This document shows, piece after piece, positions 39,401-48,290 of a stretch of 64,000 nucleotides of DNA; the first letter of the stretch is position 1; each line of letters begins with the position of its first letter. The translations under genes and the position numbers were made by a program. The DNA comes from Candidatus Woesearchaeota archaeon (lineage in GTDB: Archaea > Nanobdellota > Nanobdellia > Woesearchaeales > GW2011-AR4): positions 8,461 to 72,460 of the forward strand of contig JAGVYR010000001.1 in assembly GCA_018303185.1 (NCBI GenBank), given 5' to 3'. Below the pieces are notes generated by a model that was not told the DNA's origin, ran no database searches, and worked only from the letters and a program-made list of their open reading frames with translations.

Positions 39401-40013
39401 TCGTCTCATTGGCCGAGAAATTGAGATAAATATTTTCCCCTGATGAAAGATTGCTGCTGTTATCCGGGCTTGTTATCGTTATTATCGGATTTCCCGATGA
39501 CATTATTGAAAAGCCCGAGCCTCCAAAGCTCCCTTGGAATTGTGCGCTCAGGTTCTTCCACTCGGAATAATAAGTATTGGTGTAAGGGTTCTCTCCCAGG
39601 CTGTATTCAACATAGACTGTCTGGGCAAGCACCCTGTTATTTTCAGTTGCCCCATAAGTCCCATATGACAGGTATAAAGGCTCGTTCCAGTCCGGCCTTG
39701 TCGGCACCATGGACATGAAGTTGCAGCACGCCTCGCTTCCGTAGCAGGCAAAAGTCGAGTCTCCTGTATTTTCTGACTGGACATTCCATCTCGTGCAGAG
39801 ATTTGATTCGTTCAGTCCCAGCTCAAACAGCGAATTTTCAACAGTGAAGTCAATTGCCCCGGTATCCGATTCAATCCCGTTATTGTCAAAATCGTATGCG
39901 GGATTGCTTCCGTATTGAAGGTTGATTAAAACGCGCTCTGTAGTCTGCGCCAAAGCGGCTGTGCTTATTATAAGAATAAACAGCAGCAGCATTGTTTTGA
40001 GGAAGGAGCTCAT
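36483..40013 (-). CDS. giant surface (glyco)protein with PKD domain, C-terminal TM anchor and cytoplasmic coiled-coil tail
   Basis: 1176 aa with a signal peptide and dozens of N-x-S/T sequons. The PKD signature is TVTYKWDFENDGTIDSTESNPTKLFQFNGTYNVNLTVKD. The TM helix lies near residue 1010, followed by about 150 aa of cytoplasmic coiled coil. Confidence 0.75.
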   Translation of the reverse strand: MSSFLKTMLLLFILIISTAALAQTTERVLINLQYGSNPAYDFDNNGIESDTGAIDFTVENSLFELGLNESNLCTRWNVQSENTGDSTFACYGSEACCNFMSMVPTRPDWNEPLYLSYGTYGATENNRVLAQTVYVEYSLGENPYTNTYYSEWKNLSAQFQGSFGGSGFSIMSSGNPIITITSPDNSSNLSSGENIYLNFSANETIDANYTLDAGEKIALGENTSFLSLLNGSLPHGVLANGQHTIGINYSGGRLEHTFTVADSAAPSISLNITNNSEQSEITFSLPVKITLSEYGNISYNANNNGFTAFEDAGTGRKKEIALPVMEGKNNLTIKARDFNGNERQEFYKFNFTEIGSCSDARQNGQETGIDCGGSCSSCVPFNASTGQLQYNLTDSVYATVIARVNSTVNMTVRKNNAVTYRHLFQPLFSGFPISEIRKIENTSNAGNYTITADMHYINVTETITRQFEVLAPQSNPLSVTINANRTSIDEGKAVTFSATVSGNTGTVTYKWDFENDGTIDSTESNPTKLFQFNGTYNVNLTVKDSFWNQTDIETISVRKMFNFTVTVRQNGTGTAIQNAIVSVDDEEKNTSSSGQASFTVYKGSHDIEIAKRGYNKLSKDISINANNQEVSFNLTLKDEKAPIAYLISPQNDTIISSRNVTFTYAAADGGYMTCRLYYEPYSLPFSSVKASNSSVLTGSSNNFKVANMPNGDYRWKVDCIDRSGNLNASQTYSLVVNEEAVINELSVDLDQSDRDTESLVQQIRSAIEDSGSLTGKEKEAADAIRLKEMLERSITSLDRANRDLHSLKWRKLNESELEKETQKILDRVEEIRKTTPRVIEVAESTEFVNYPGRPEIAEGVSVLLNQTNLKFSRREKEQLISHNLNLQSAITVTTKAKIVNFEYISGDRRTYTLIHKIVKVNSNISDYVFYEVIPKEIAKDLNETELLFDHEVVQYDPIVRIDLNKIEEYSYLIKKSISLDDSESIKSMLLDKSLKIESKGIFIGLSILESAATSFINAADIRLILEIAAIVLLAGFYFVYSMGGIEKFAHLLGGKELKELKKIIEEANADAAAMNYENASLKYRQITEKFRALEKEKRERVKQAVTDMAHRLNMLYVHKLADEAESSIMANDKKASFAIYKKIQSLYSIIPREHKAEVSKKCMELHSKISNISNLH

Positions 40014-40294
40014 TTCAGCATCCCTCCCTTCATCAGCTGCTCTTTTATCGCTTCCAGCTCTTTGTTGATCTGCTCCCTTACTTTTTCCTCAGAAGTTTTC
40101 CTTGTCTCTTTCTCAATATCCTGCCTTAATTTGTTTAACTGGAATAATTCCGGGCTTTGCGCCTTTGCCCATTCCTTCCTTACAATGCTTCTCAATTGCT
40201 CGCTTAAATCAAGAAAATGCTGCTCCTTTGCAAGCTGCTTCAATTCATCCAGAAGGGATTTCGGCATCCTGATGCTGACTAAAACATCAGTCAT
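40010..40294 (-). CDS. ribbon-helix-helix (RHH/CopG-Arc) family DNA-binding protein
   Basis: VSIRMPKSLLDELKQLAKEQ is an RHH beta-strand plus helix. The probable start is MTDV, an internal Met of the 40315 ORF. It overlaps the giant gene by 4 nt. Confidence 0.5.
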   Translation of the reverse strand: MTDVLVSIRMPKSLLDELKQLAKEQHFLDLSEQLRSIVRKEWAKAQSPELFQLNKLRQDIEKETRKTSEEKVREQINKELEAIKEQLMKGGMLK

Positions 40295-40436
40295 CCTTTC
40301 CCTGCCTCCTGACATAGTTTCTTGAGAATTCCCTGATTGCTTCGCTTCTTGACTTGTAGATGCCTTTCTTCACCAAAGAATCCAGCCACTCAACTATTTC
40401 CTTCGGCAGCCGCACATTGAAAATCTCTACATCCAT
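40287..40436 (-). CDS. small RHH/CopG-like DNA-binding protein, 49 aa
   Basis: I translated it by hand: MDVEIFNVRLPKEIVEWLDSLVKKGIYKSRSEAIREFSRNYVRRQGKDD. It is not in the ORF track. Its stop overlaps the next gene start (gATGActga). Confidence 0.45.
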   Translation of the reverse strand: MDVEIFNVRLPKEIVEWLDSLVKKGIYKSRSEAIREFSRNYVRRQGKDD

Positions 40437-40702
40437 TGTATTCTATCTGTATTACACTAGTGTTTTGTCTAGTACTTTGCCAGATAGTATATAAATCTTT
40501 TGCATTTCCACACTAATAGACGGATTTAGTACACTGGTTTGTGGGTGTGAGTTGACTGTATGGGTTTTGTATTGTATGTGTAATTGACTTATGTTACATA
40601 AATTGATTCACAAAGACTGATAGACTGTATCCGGCATTAGAACATTACTTATTAGTAGTAACAATTAGTAAATTTTATATACTCTTGCTCTAATCTAAGC
40701 CT

Positions 40703-41656
40703 GTGGCAGAGTTAATTGTAAGAAAGGATTATGGAACATCAAGTGCCGGGCTGGACTCAAGACTTGGTGATTCCGCGAAGATTGATTCAGGGAGAACTTT
40801 CTACGATTTTGCAACAGAAAACCTAAAAGGGACTATGGACATTTTACAGGCTCATTATCCAAAACAGATTGCTGGTAGAATCCTCACTATAAACGGTTCC
40901 GGCGATCATGTGATAAATTTTCTTGCCGGAAATCCTGCTGAGGTAACGGGCATTGACAGGTCTTTGGTCGCATGCCTGTATAGTGACATGAAAATAGGCA
41001 TCCTGCAGGCCTTTTCTTTTGACATGTTTAAGGGTTTTTTTGACTATAACACTGGAGATCAAGGCAGCCTTCATTTCTATAACAATTGGTTTCTGAATAA
41101 GCTAAATAGGTCTTTAGACAGAAGGACACTTGAGTTTTTTGGAAGCATTTGCAAAAGCCTCAGAAGCGGTTCTGAAGATGAGGAAAAGGCCGCTTTTCAA
41201 AGGTTATTCGGGCATATGGTCTCGAAATCCGGCGGGGTTAAAGGCGCGAAATTGATAAACTGTTATCTGGCCAGTGAAGAAGCGTATAAAGAGTTTCAGG
41301 GACGTGCAAGGAAAACTGAAATAAGGCTCATAGCAGATGAAATGCAGTCGCATCTTCAATCAGCAGAAGAGAGATACGATGTAATCCATTTAAGTAACAT
41401 ACATGACTATTGCACAAGAGAAATAGTCGGAATAATTGAGCTTGCACAGAAAAGGCTCGCTGAAGAGGGAATATTGATCCTGTACAATAACGGAGGTCCG
41501 GTAATAAAGGAAGATGATGGCTGGAGAAACTATCGTGTTGAGAATGTTTATATGGGAGACGGAAGAATGGACTTCATATCAGTTTTTAAAAATCCGGTAG
41601 CGCTCAAAACAGCAATGGAGCTTCAGTGGCTGCAAAGCTCGGCAGATTTGCACTAG
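40703..41656 (+). CDS. hypothetical protein, possibly Rossmann/SAM-methyltransferase-like
   Basis: RILTINGSGDHVINFLAGNPAEVTGIDRS loosely resembles motif I of class I methyltransferases. Weak evidence. Confidence 0.4.
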   Translation: MAELIVRKDYGTSSAGLDSRLGDSAKIDSGRTFYDFATENLKGTMDILQAHYPKQIAGRILTINGSGDHVINFLAGNPAEVTGIDRSLVACLYSDMKIGILQAFSFDMFKGFFDYNTGDQGSLHFYNNWFLNKLNRSLDRRTLEFFGSICKSLRSGSEDEEKAAFQRLFGHMVSKSGGVKGAKLINCYLASEEAYKEFQGRARKTEIRLIADEMQSHLQSAEERYDVIHLSNIHDYCTREIVGIIELAQKRLAEEGILILYNNGGPVIKEDDGWRNYRVENVYMGDGRMDFISVFKNPVALKTAMELQWLQSSADLH

Positions 41657-41695
41657 TGCAGGGTAAATGCATTTAACAAGAATTTTTGGATAAAC

Positions 41696-43138
41696 CTACC
41701 TATTCCCCCTGAACCCGCCGCCTCTTCCGCCTGAGCCAAACCTTTTCGGCCCTCTTCCGCCTCCGTGATGATAGCCTCCTCCAGAACTTCTGCCTTCGCC
41801 TCCGGAGCCAAAGCTGCCTTCGCCTCTTGAGCCGGAATCTTCTCTTCTTCCAAAGCCTTCGCTTCTTCCTTCAGGCCTCCCAAAGCCGCCTGAGCCTTCC
41901 CTTCTCGGGCCGAATCCGCCCCTTGGTGGGCCTCTTCCGCTGCCTCTGCCAAAGCCTCCACGACCCCTTTGCCCGAAATTTCTTGGGCCTGAGTCCCTGT
42001 CAAAGCCTGAATCTTTTACAATCCGGATTCTTTCAAGCTGCGGAGCTTCTATCTTCTGGACATCAAGCGAGTAATCTCTCAATATCCTGTCGAAATTCTC
42101 GTAATCACGTTCAGAAAGCAAGTTAATCACTTTCCCGTCTTTTCCTGCACGCGCAGTCCTTCCAATCCTGTGGACATACTGCTTGCTGTCAGCAGGCTGG
42201 TTATAATTGTAGATATGGGTGACGCCCTCGATATGCAAACCTCTGGCTGCAACATCTGTGCATGCAATTATGTTTGGCCCCTGCGACTTGAAGCTGTCAA
42301 GGACTTTCTTCCTTCTTGCCTGGGAGTAGCCGCCGTGCATCGCCTGCACCTCAACACCGTTCGTTTTAAGGTTCCTGCAGACAAAATCTGTTGTGCTCTG
42401 CGTATTGCAGAAAACCATCACCAATCCTGAGCTTTCATGCTTAAGCAGATGCACCAATAAAGACAGCTTCTGGTTTTCCTGTATGTTATAATAGCACTGA
42501 GACAATTTTTTAGGATCAACATACTGCTCAGCAGATACTTTCACAGGGTCCTTCATGTACCTTCTGGATATGGAAGTTAGTTCCTCCTCTATTGTTGCGG
42601 AGAAAAGCAAAGTCTGCCTTTCCTTAGGGCATGCTCTTATTATCTGCTCCACGTCATCTATGAATCCCATGTCCAGCATCCTGTCTGCCTCGTCAAGAAC
42701 CAGTATCTTAACCCTGTCAAGCTTGAAATCGCCCCTTCTCATCAAATCCAAAACTCTGCCGGGAGTTCCCACTACAACATCTGCCTTCCTTAAGTTATCT
42801 ATCTGGGGCATCATTGAGACTCCGCCATAGATTGATATGACAAAAAGCCCTTTGAATTTTCCGTATTTTCTTATGCTCTGGCACACTTGTTCTGCCAATT
42901 CCCTCGTAGGGGCAAGAACCAAAGCCTGCACTCCCTTCCCTCTTTCAACAAACTGCACTATTCCTGCGCCGAAAGCCAAAGTTTTTCCTGAACCTGTAGC
43001 GCTTCCTCCAATAACATCCTTCCCCTGAAGTATTAATGGGATTGTTTTTACCTGTATCTCTGAAGGCTCCTTGAAGCCCTCTTCAGCTATGACCTTCATC
43101 AGCTGTTCTCCTATCCCTAATTTCCTGAAACTTTCCAT
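41696..43138 (-). CDS. DEAD-box RNA helicase with C-terminal RGG/GRG-rich tail
   Basis: Q-motif, GSGKT, VLDEADRML, SAT and HRIGRTARAG. The C-terminus has long GRG/GGF repeats. Confidence 0.9.
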   Translation of the reverse strand: MESFRKLGIGEQLMKVIAEEGFKEPSEIQVKTIPLILQGKDVIGGSATGSGKTLAFGAGIVQFVERGKGVQALVLAPTRELAEQVCQSIRKYGKFKGLFVISIYGGVSMMPQIDNLRKADVVVGTPGRVLDLMRRGDFKLDRVKILVLDEADRMLDMGFIDDVEQIIRACPKERQTLLFSATIEEELTSISRRYMKDPVKVSAEQYVDPKKLSQCYYNIQENQKLSLLVHLLKHESSGLVMVFCNTQSTTDFVCRNLKTNGVEVQAMHGGYSQARRKKVLDSFKSQGPNIIACTDVAARGLHIEGVTHIYNYNQPADSKQYVHRIGRTARAGKDGKVINLLSERDYENFDRILRDYSLDVQKIEAPQLERIRIVKDSGFDRDSGPRNFGQRGRGGFGRGSGRGPPRGGFGPRREGSGGFGRPEGRSEGFGRREDSGSRGEGSFGSGGEGRSSGGGYHHGGGRGPKRFGSGGRGGGFRGNR

Positions 43139-43308
43139 TTTATTTATTCACCTATATTGTAGTTTTAACTTATGTATTGAAAATTCTTTTAAAATTTTCA
43201 ATCCCGAAAACCTTCGGTTTTCGTTATATTCCGAATATTTTAAGAAAAAGTCATGAGAATGCTTTCTCTTAAGGTCCGTATATATAGCAACAAGTATTCC
43301 ATTCCTGT

Positions 43309-44067
43309 TTATAAAGGTAATGGTTTTACACCTGCACATTCTCTGGCCTTAATTTCAAGTAGATATGCTAACTCGAGATAAGGTGCCTGCTTCCTAATTT
43401 CCATAGGAGCTGGAGAAATAGGCAAGGTATTTTTCATAAACAGCGGCATCCCCCCTGGAAACAAAATTGTGTCATCTTTCGAAGGAAAGCAGAAGGTGGT
43501 TAGATTTAACTGTTCGCTAGAATCCGGGACATTTGGCCAAACTCTTCCATTATTCAGCTCAAGATAAAATAATATTCCATTTAGCTCGCTTTGCCCAAGA
43601 AAGGTGCTTGTTTCTCCCACCAATTCTAATGGAATTTTGCGATTATTGATTTTCGTCCTGACAATAGTTTCTGGCTCAGCCCTATCTAACGAATATCCGC
43701 TTTCCAAGAGGGGAGCAACTACTTTTAAGCTTGGGTCTACGAGCAAACTGTTTTTCTCCACATATCCATCTCCAACAGCAATCAGCACGGCATGACATCC
43801 AACTGCTTGATTGAATAAATAAGGGTCATTGCCCCAATAAACTCCAAAAGTCATCCCTGGAAATTTCTTTTTCAATTCTGCGTACGCCTTGACTGCCAAT
43901 TCTCCACAATCTCCGTGTTGGTTTTCCGGAGAGTAGTCATACCAATTCGTTATGAGAACTCCCCCTTTAGTTGGATGAAAGCCTATTTCTCCAATTCTGT
44001 CAAGGAGGTCCAATTTACCAAACCTAAAGTGCCTGACTGCATCGCTTAGTTCGTCTATGAGCCCCAT
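43309..44067 (-). CDS. hypothetical protein
   Basis: 252-aa ORF. No motif recognised. Confidence 0.45.
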   Translation of the reverse strand: MGLIDELSDAVRHFRFGKLDLLDRIGEIGFHPTKGGVLITNWYDYSPENQHGDCGELAVKAYAELKKKFPGMTFGVYWGNDPYLFNQAVGCHAVLIAVGDGYVEKNSLLVDPSLKVVAPLLESGYSLDRAEPETIVRTKINNRKIPLELVGETSTFLGQSELNGILFYLELNNGRVWPNVPDSSEQLNLTTFCFPSKDDTILFPGGMPLFMKNTLPISPAPMEIRKQAPYLELAYLLEIKARECAGVKPLPL

Positions 44068-44163
44068 ATAGCAAGGGGATGGTTTTTTCTTTTTAAACTT
44101 AATTCAAATACTCCCTGCCAGTAGTATGAAACCTTTATAATCCAATAAGCAAAAAATCCCTTC

Positions 44164-45948
44164 ATGAACAAGAAAGCAGACTATTGTTTTGAGGTTTCAT
44201 GGGAAGTGTGCAATAAAGTCGGAGGAATCTTCACTGTTGTAAAGAGCAAGGCAGCAAGGATGGTTGAGTATTACCATGAAAACTATTACCTTATAGGCCC
44301 TTACTTCCATGACAAGGCTCTGGGCCAGTTCATTGAAGGCACTCCCGAGCATTCTTTCAGGGAAGCGGCTGACAGCCTGAAATCCCAGGGCATAACCTGC
44401 CATTTTGGGAAATGGCGCGGCGATGGAGAGCCGAACGTAATCCTGATAGACTTTGAAAGCTTCAGGGGCAAAATCAACGACATAAAAAAGGAATTATGGG
44501 AATATTTCAAGGTTGACTCCATAAGGGCAGGCAATGACTATGACGAGCCGGTTGCGTTCGCATATGCTTCTGGAAAAGTGATTGAATCATTGTCAGGCGC
44601 GCTGCACAATAAAAAAGTTGTCGCGCATTTCCATGAATGGCTCTCAGGCGCCGGATTATTGTACTTGAAATCAAGAAGCGCGAAAGTCGCAACAGTATTC
44701 ACAACGCACGCAACCATCTTAGGCAGGACACTGGCCTCATCAGGCATTGACATCTACAATGTATGGGACAAGATAAACCCTGAGGAAGAAGCAAAGAAAC
44801 ATTCCATAGAGTCAAAATTCACGATAGAAAAGCAGTCTGCACTGAATGCTGATGCATTCACGACTGTGTCGGAAATCACGGCTATGGAGGCAGAGCACAT
44901 GCTGGGGAGAAAGGCTGACGTCTTGGTACTAAACGGCCTTGACATAGAAAAATTCCCGAGCTTTGAAGACGCGTCAATACACCACCGCATCATGCGCGAC
45001 AAGATGCGCGAATTCCTTGAATATTATTTCTTCCCTTACTACAGCTTTGACCTGAACCAGTCATTGAACTTTTTCACGTGCGCCCGCTATGAATTCCATG
45101 ACAAGGGAATAAACATAATGATAAAGGCCCTTGGAAACCTGAACAGGAGGCTGATGCAGGAGAAAAGCAGCAAGACAATCGTGGCATTCTTCTTCGTGCC
45201 TGCTGATGTAAGGAGCATGAAACCCGAAATAATAGAGAACAGGACAAACTACCAGGACATAAAGGGGTCTTTCGACGATTCCCTGGAAGACATCAAGAGG
45301 AACATCATGCGCATTCTTCTTTCAGGGAAGAAGATATCGGAAGAGACGGTATTTTCAAAAGAATTCGTCTCTGAAGTTAAAGGGAAATTGTCCAGATTCA
45401 AAAGAAAAGGCCTCCCGCCTGTATGCACCCATGACCTCCATGCCCCTAAAGATGATATTCTCCACGGGCTCTGGCAGGAAGGGCTTAACAATGGTGAGAA
45501 TAGCAGGGTCAAGGTAATATTCTACCCGATTTACCTTACAGGCGCCGATAACCTTCTCAACCTGAGCTATTATGAGGCAATAGAAGCCGGCCATCTGGGA
45601 ATCTTCCCCTCATATTACGAGCCGTGGGGCTATACTCCTCTTGAAGCGGGTTCTTTGGGAGTTGCTTCTGTAACCACTGACCTCGCGGGCTTCGGAAGGT
45701 TCTTCTGCGCTGAATGCCGCCAAGGGGATGAAGCGGGAATCTTCATAGTGAAGCGGCTTAATAAGACAGAAGATGACGCGGTAAGGCAGCTTGAGGATGT
45801 CATGTACAGGTACAGCCAGTTTTCCCAGAATGAGAGGATAGACAACAAGCTCCAGGCAAGGAAAATAGCGGCAACAGCTGACTGGAAGCTCTTCATAAAG
45901 AATTACATTGAGGCGCACAACAAGGCAATTGAGAAGGCGTTTGGCTAG
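44164..45948 (+). CDS. glycogen synthase, GT3 (eukaryote/animal-fungal type) family
   Basis: The N-terminus FEVSWEVCNKVGGIFTV matches the GT3 hallmark (FEVAWEVANKVGGIYTV in eukaryotic GSY). It is 594 aa. A C-terminal YEPWGYTPLE block is present. Confidence 0.75.
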   Translation: MNKKADYCFEVSWEVCNKVGGIFTVVKSKAARMVEYYHENYYLIGPYFHDKALGQFIEGTPEHSFREAADSLKSQGITCHFGKWRGDGEPNVILIDFESFRGKINDIKKELWEYFKVDSIRAGNDYDEPVAFAYASGKVIESLSGALHNKKVVAHFHEWLSGAGLLYLKSRSAKVATVFTTHATILGRTLASSGIDIYNVWDKINPEEEAKKHSIESKFTIEKQSALNADAFTTVSEITAMEAEHMLGRKADVLVLNGLDIEKFPSFEDASIHHRIMRDKMREFLEYYFFPYYSFDLNQSLNFFTCARYEFHDKGINIMIKALGNLNRRLMQEKSSKTIVAFFFVPADVRSMKPEIIENRTNYQDIKGSFDDSLEDIKRNIMRILLSGKKISEETVFSKEFVSEVKGKLSRFKRKGLPPVCTHDLHAPKDDILHGLWQEGLNNGENSRVKVIFYPIYLTGADNLLNLSYYEAIEAGHLGIFPSYYEPWGYTPLEAGSLGVASVTTDLAGFGRFFCAECRQGDEAGIFIVKRLNKTEDDAVRQLEDVMYRYSQFSQNERIDNKLQARKIAATADWKLFIKNYIEAHNKAIEKAFG

Positions 45949-46158
45949 ATTTTTTGATTTTTCTTGGCTCTCGATTTCGTTTTATTGGATTTTTTGTGTT
46001 TTGTTTATTGTATTTTTGTCTGTCGGTTTGCAATCGCTTAACCCGTAGCTGATTTTTAACTGGTTTTTTCAATACGCTCCGCAATTCTTGTCGCAAGGCT
46101 CGCTCTCACGCATAACGCTCGCCTCGCGGCTTTATTTTACCAAAACAGAAATCCGGCG

Positions 46159-47709
46159 TCAGTTAGCGTCAATCATCGACATATTCTTATCCAGAATTAC
46201 TGCGCTGCTTATCCTGTTCTTCCCGAATGATTTCGACCTGTACATGGTCTTGTCAGCCGCATCAACAAGATGCATGTAATCAACATTGGAATCCATGCAC
46301 GTGACTATCCCGATGCTCATAGTGATGTTTCCCTTGGGCTGCTTCTGCCTTCCGAAAAACTCTCCTGTTTCAGCATCTTTCCTTATTCGCTCCATCGCGG
46401 CCTTTGCATCATTTACAGAAGTATTGGGCATTATCACGATAAACTCCTCTCCCCCATATCTTCCCGCAACATCAGCATCCCTGACTTTATTCTTAAGTAT
46501 GGCGCTTATCTCCTGCAATAATGAGTCTCCCCTGACATGGCCATGAGCATCATTGTAATGCTTGAAGTCGTCTATGTCCATCAGTGCTACTGAAACGGGA
46601 TTCTGCTTTGAGGCATTTTTCATGAACTTGTCCCTTAGTATGGCCATGAAATGCCTCCTGTTGTAAAGCCCTGTCAAATTATCGACAACAGACTCCTCTT
46701 TTGCATGCTCAAATTCCTGTGCATTGTAGATCGCCATGGCAAGCTGGTCTGCAACGACAGAAAGAAATGAGGAATGGTCGCTGTTCAGCTTTATGTATCC
46801 TGAATAGTAAAGGCACAGCGCTCCAAGAAGATTTCCACGCATCCTGATAGGCAGGGAAATCGCAGACTTTATGTCTCCGGCCTTTATCCCTTTGAACCTG
46901 AAATCCTTTGAGAAGTCATTCACTTCAACATTGCTTTTCAGGTTTATTATCTCCGAGGCTATGGCACTTTCAAGCGGCTCAAGCCCGTTCATCGGATTAA
47001 AAGAATATTTTTTCTTTACAGCTCCATTCTCTATTATCATGACCGAGCAGTTTTTTGCCTTTCCCTCTTCAACCATGTAATCCACAATATGCCTTATTAT
47101 CCTGTCAAGCTCCAATGAGGAATTTGTCATTTTTGTCAGGTTGTATATGGCTGAAAGCTCTGCAATTTTTCTCTTGTCCTTGCCGCTCTCATTCAGCATG
47201 GCAGGGACAAATGATGAAAGGGCACGCAGCACAGAGGCTATTGCTTTTCTGTCCTCTTCCTTTGCAGGATTTGCCTTTGACAGGGCATCTTTTATTTCAT
47301 CCTCTTCAATATTGGAATTCTTGGTTAAAGATGAAAAATCAGAATTTTCTGCACCTGCTTCAATCACATAAGGGCAGCCGATTGCTCCTGCAACTCTTCC
47401 AGCATCTGCAAGCGCAGCCCAAACGCTGCAGAATCCAAGCTCGTGCCTTTGCAATTGCACTTTGCCTGGCTCATTTAAAACAGCCCTCAGCGCGTCTTTC
47501 CTGAACTCTGCAAGGGCTTTTTTCCCATAATCGCAGCTGCCTATAAGCTGGATTAGAAATGGTATTTTTCCTGAAGACGCTACTTCATTTCCTTCTAAAT
47601 CAACGATGCAGACATGCCTCTTTAAAGCCTCATTGGCCTTGTCCGCGAGCATCTTCCAGCCTTCAATATTGTCCCTGAACAGCGCCTCTTCCCCTGCATA
47701 TTCTGCCAT
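46159..47709 (-). CDS. GAF-domain diguanylate cyclase (GGDEF)
   Basis: The C-terminal domain has DNLTGLYNRRHF, DIDDFKHYND and RYGGEEF, a complete active GGDEF signature. The N-terminal roughly 330 aa is GAF-like. Confidence 0.85.
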   Translation of the reverse strand: MAEYAGEEALFRDNIEGWKMLADKANEALKRHVCIVDLEGNEVASSGKIPFLIQLIGSCDYGKKALAEFRKDALRAVLNEPGKVQLQRHELGFCSVWAALADAGRVAGAIGCPYVIEAGAENSDFSSLTKNSNIEEDEIKDALSKANPAKEEDRKAIASVLRALSSFVPAMLNESGKDKRKIAELSAIYNLTKMTNSSLELDRIIRHIVDYMVEEGKAKNCSVMIIENGAVKKKYSFNPMNGLEPLESAIASEIINLKSNVEVNDFSKDFRFKGIKAGDIKSAISLPIRMRGNLLGALCLYYSGYIKLNSDHSSFLSVVADQLAMAIYNAQEFEHAKEESVVDNLTGLYNRRHFMAILRDKFMKNASKQNPVSVALMDIDDFKHYNDAHGHVRGDSLLQEISAILKNKVRDADVAGRYGGEEFIVIMPNTSVNDAKAAMERIRKDAETGEFFGRQKQPKGNITMSIGIVTCMDSNVDYMHLVDAADKTMYRSKSFGKNRISSAVILDKNMSMIDAN

Positions 47710-47802
47710 GATATTTGCATTGAAGCACTGTTTATTAAAGGTTTTTATTGGATTGCGTCCATGTCGGTAAGTTTTTAAATTGATGGAGCAATTATTGCTG
47801 AA

Positions 47803-48231
47803 ATGAAAGATAAAGAATCTTATATCAAAGTATGCCCTAAATGCAGCAGTTCACATGTCGTCCCAGATTTAAGCAAAGATATGATTGCTTGGGGCGGTTC
47901 TACAAGGAGTTTATGCAAAGAATGTAACTTTTCATCTATTGTTTTTCCGGAAATAAAAAGAGAAGAATTGCGTAAATTCAAAGAAGGGGTAAAAGATAGG
48001 ACTAAAGAAGAAAAAGAAGATATGCAGGAACTGACGAAATCCAAAGGGTTTACACATAAACCATTCATCAGATTTTATCTATGGTACTATGCATTTGGAG
48101 TTTTAGCGGTGTTTTTGATAGTGTTCAGTGAGCGGTTATTCGGTGATAAAGGAAAAATTATAGTCGTTATGAATTTTCTTGTATTGCTCTTTTTTGTTGC
48201 TGTGATAATAAAAGGGATAAGGAAGAAATAA
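47803..48231 (+). CDS. zinc-ribbon plus two-TM membrane protein
   Basis: CPKCSS...CKEC, then two TM helices. Confidence 0.45.
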   Translation: MKDKESYIKVCPKCSSSHVVPDLSKDMIAWGGSTRSLCKECNFSSIVFPEIKREELRKFKEGVKDRTKEEKEDMQELTKSKGFTHKPFIRFYLWYYAFGVLAVFLIVFSERLFGDKGKIIVVMNFLVLLFFVAVIIKGIRKK

Positions 48232-48290
48232 AAAAGAAAGCGCAGCCAAAAACAGGCTGCGCTCCCATTCACCCCTTTGTCCCTGCGTCT

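Noticed and set aside
41653-42003. 116-aa Ala/Glu-rich ORF overlapping the 3' end of the DEAD-box helicase
   Set aside because: It is an alternate-frame reading of the GC-rich RGG/GRG-tail-encoding region of the helicase, and the helicase frame is clearly the real one.
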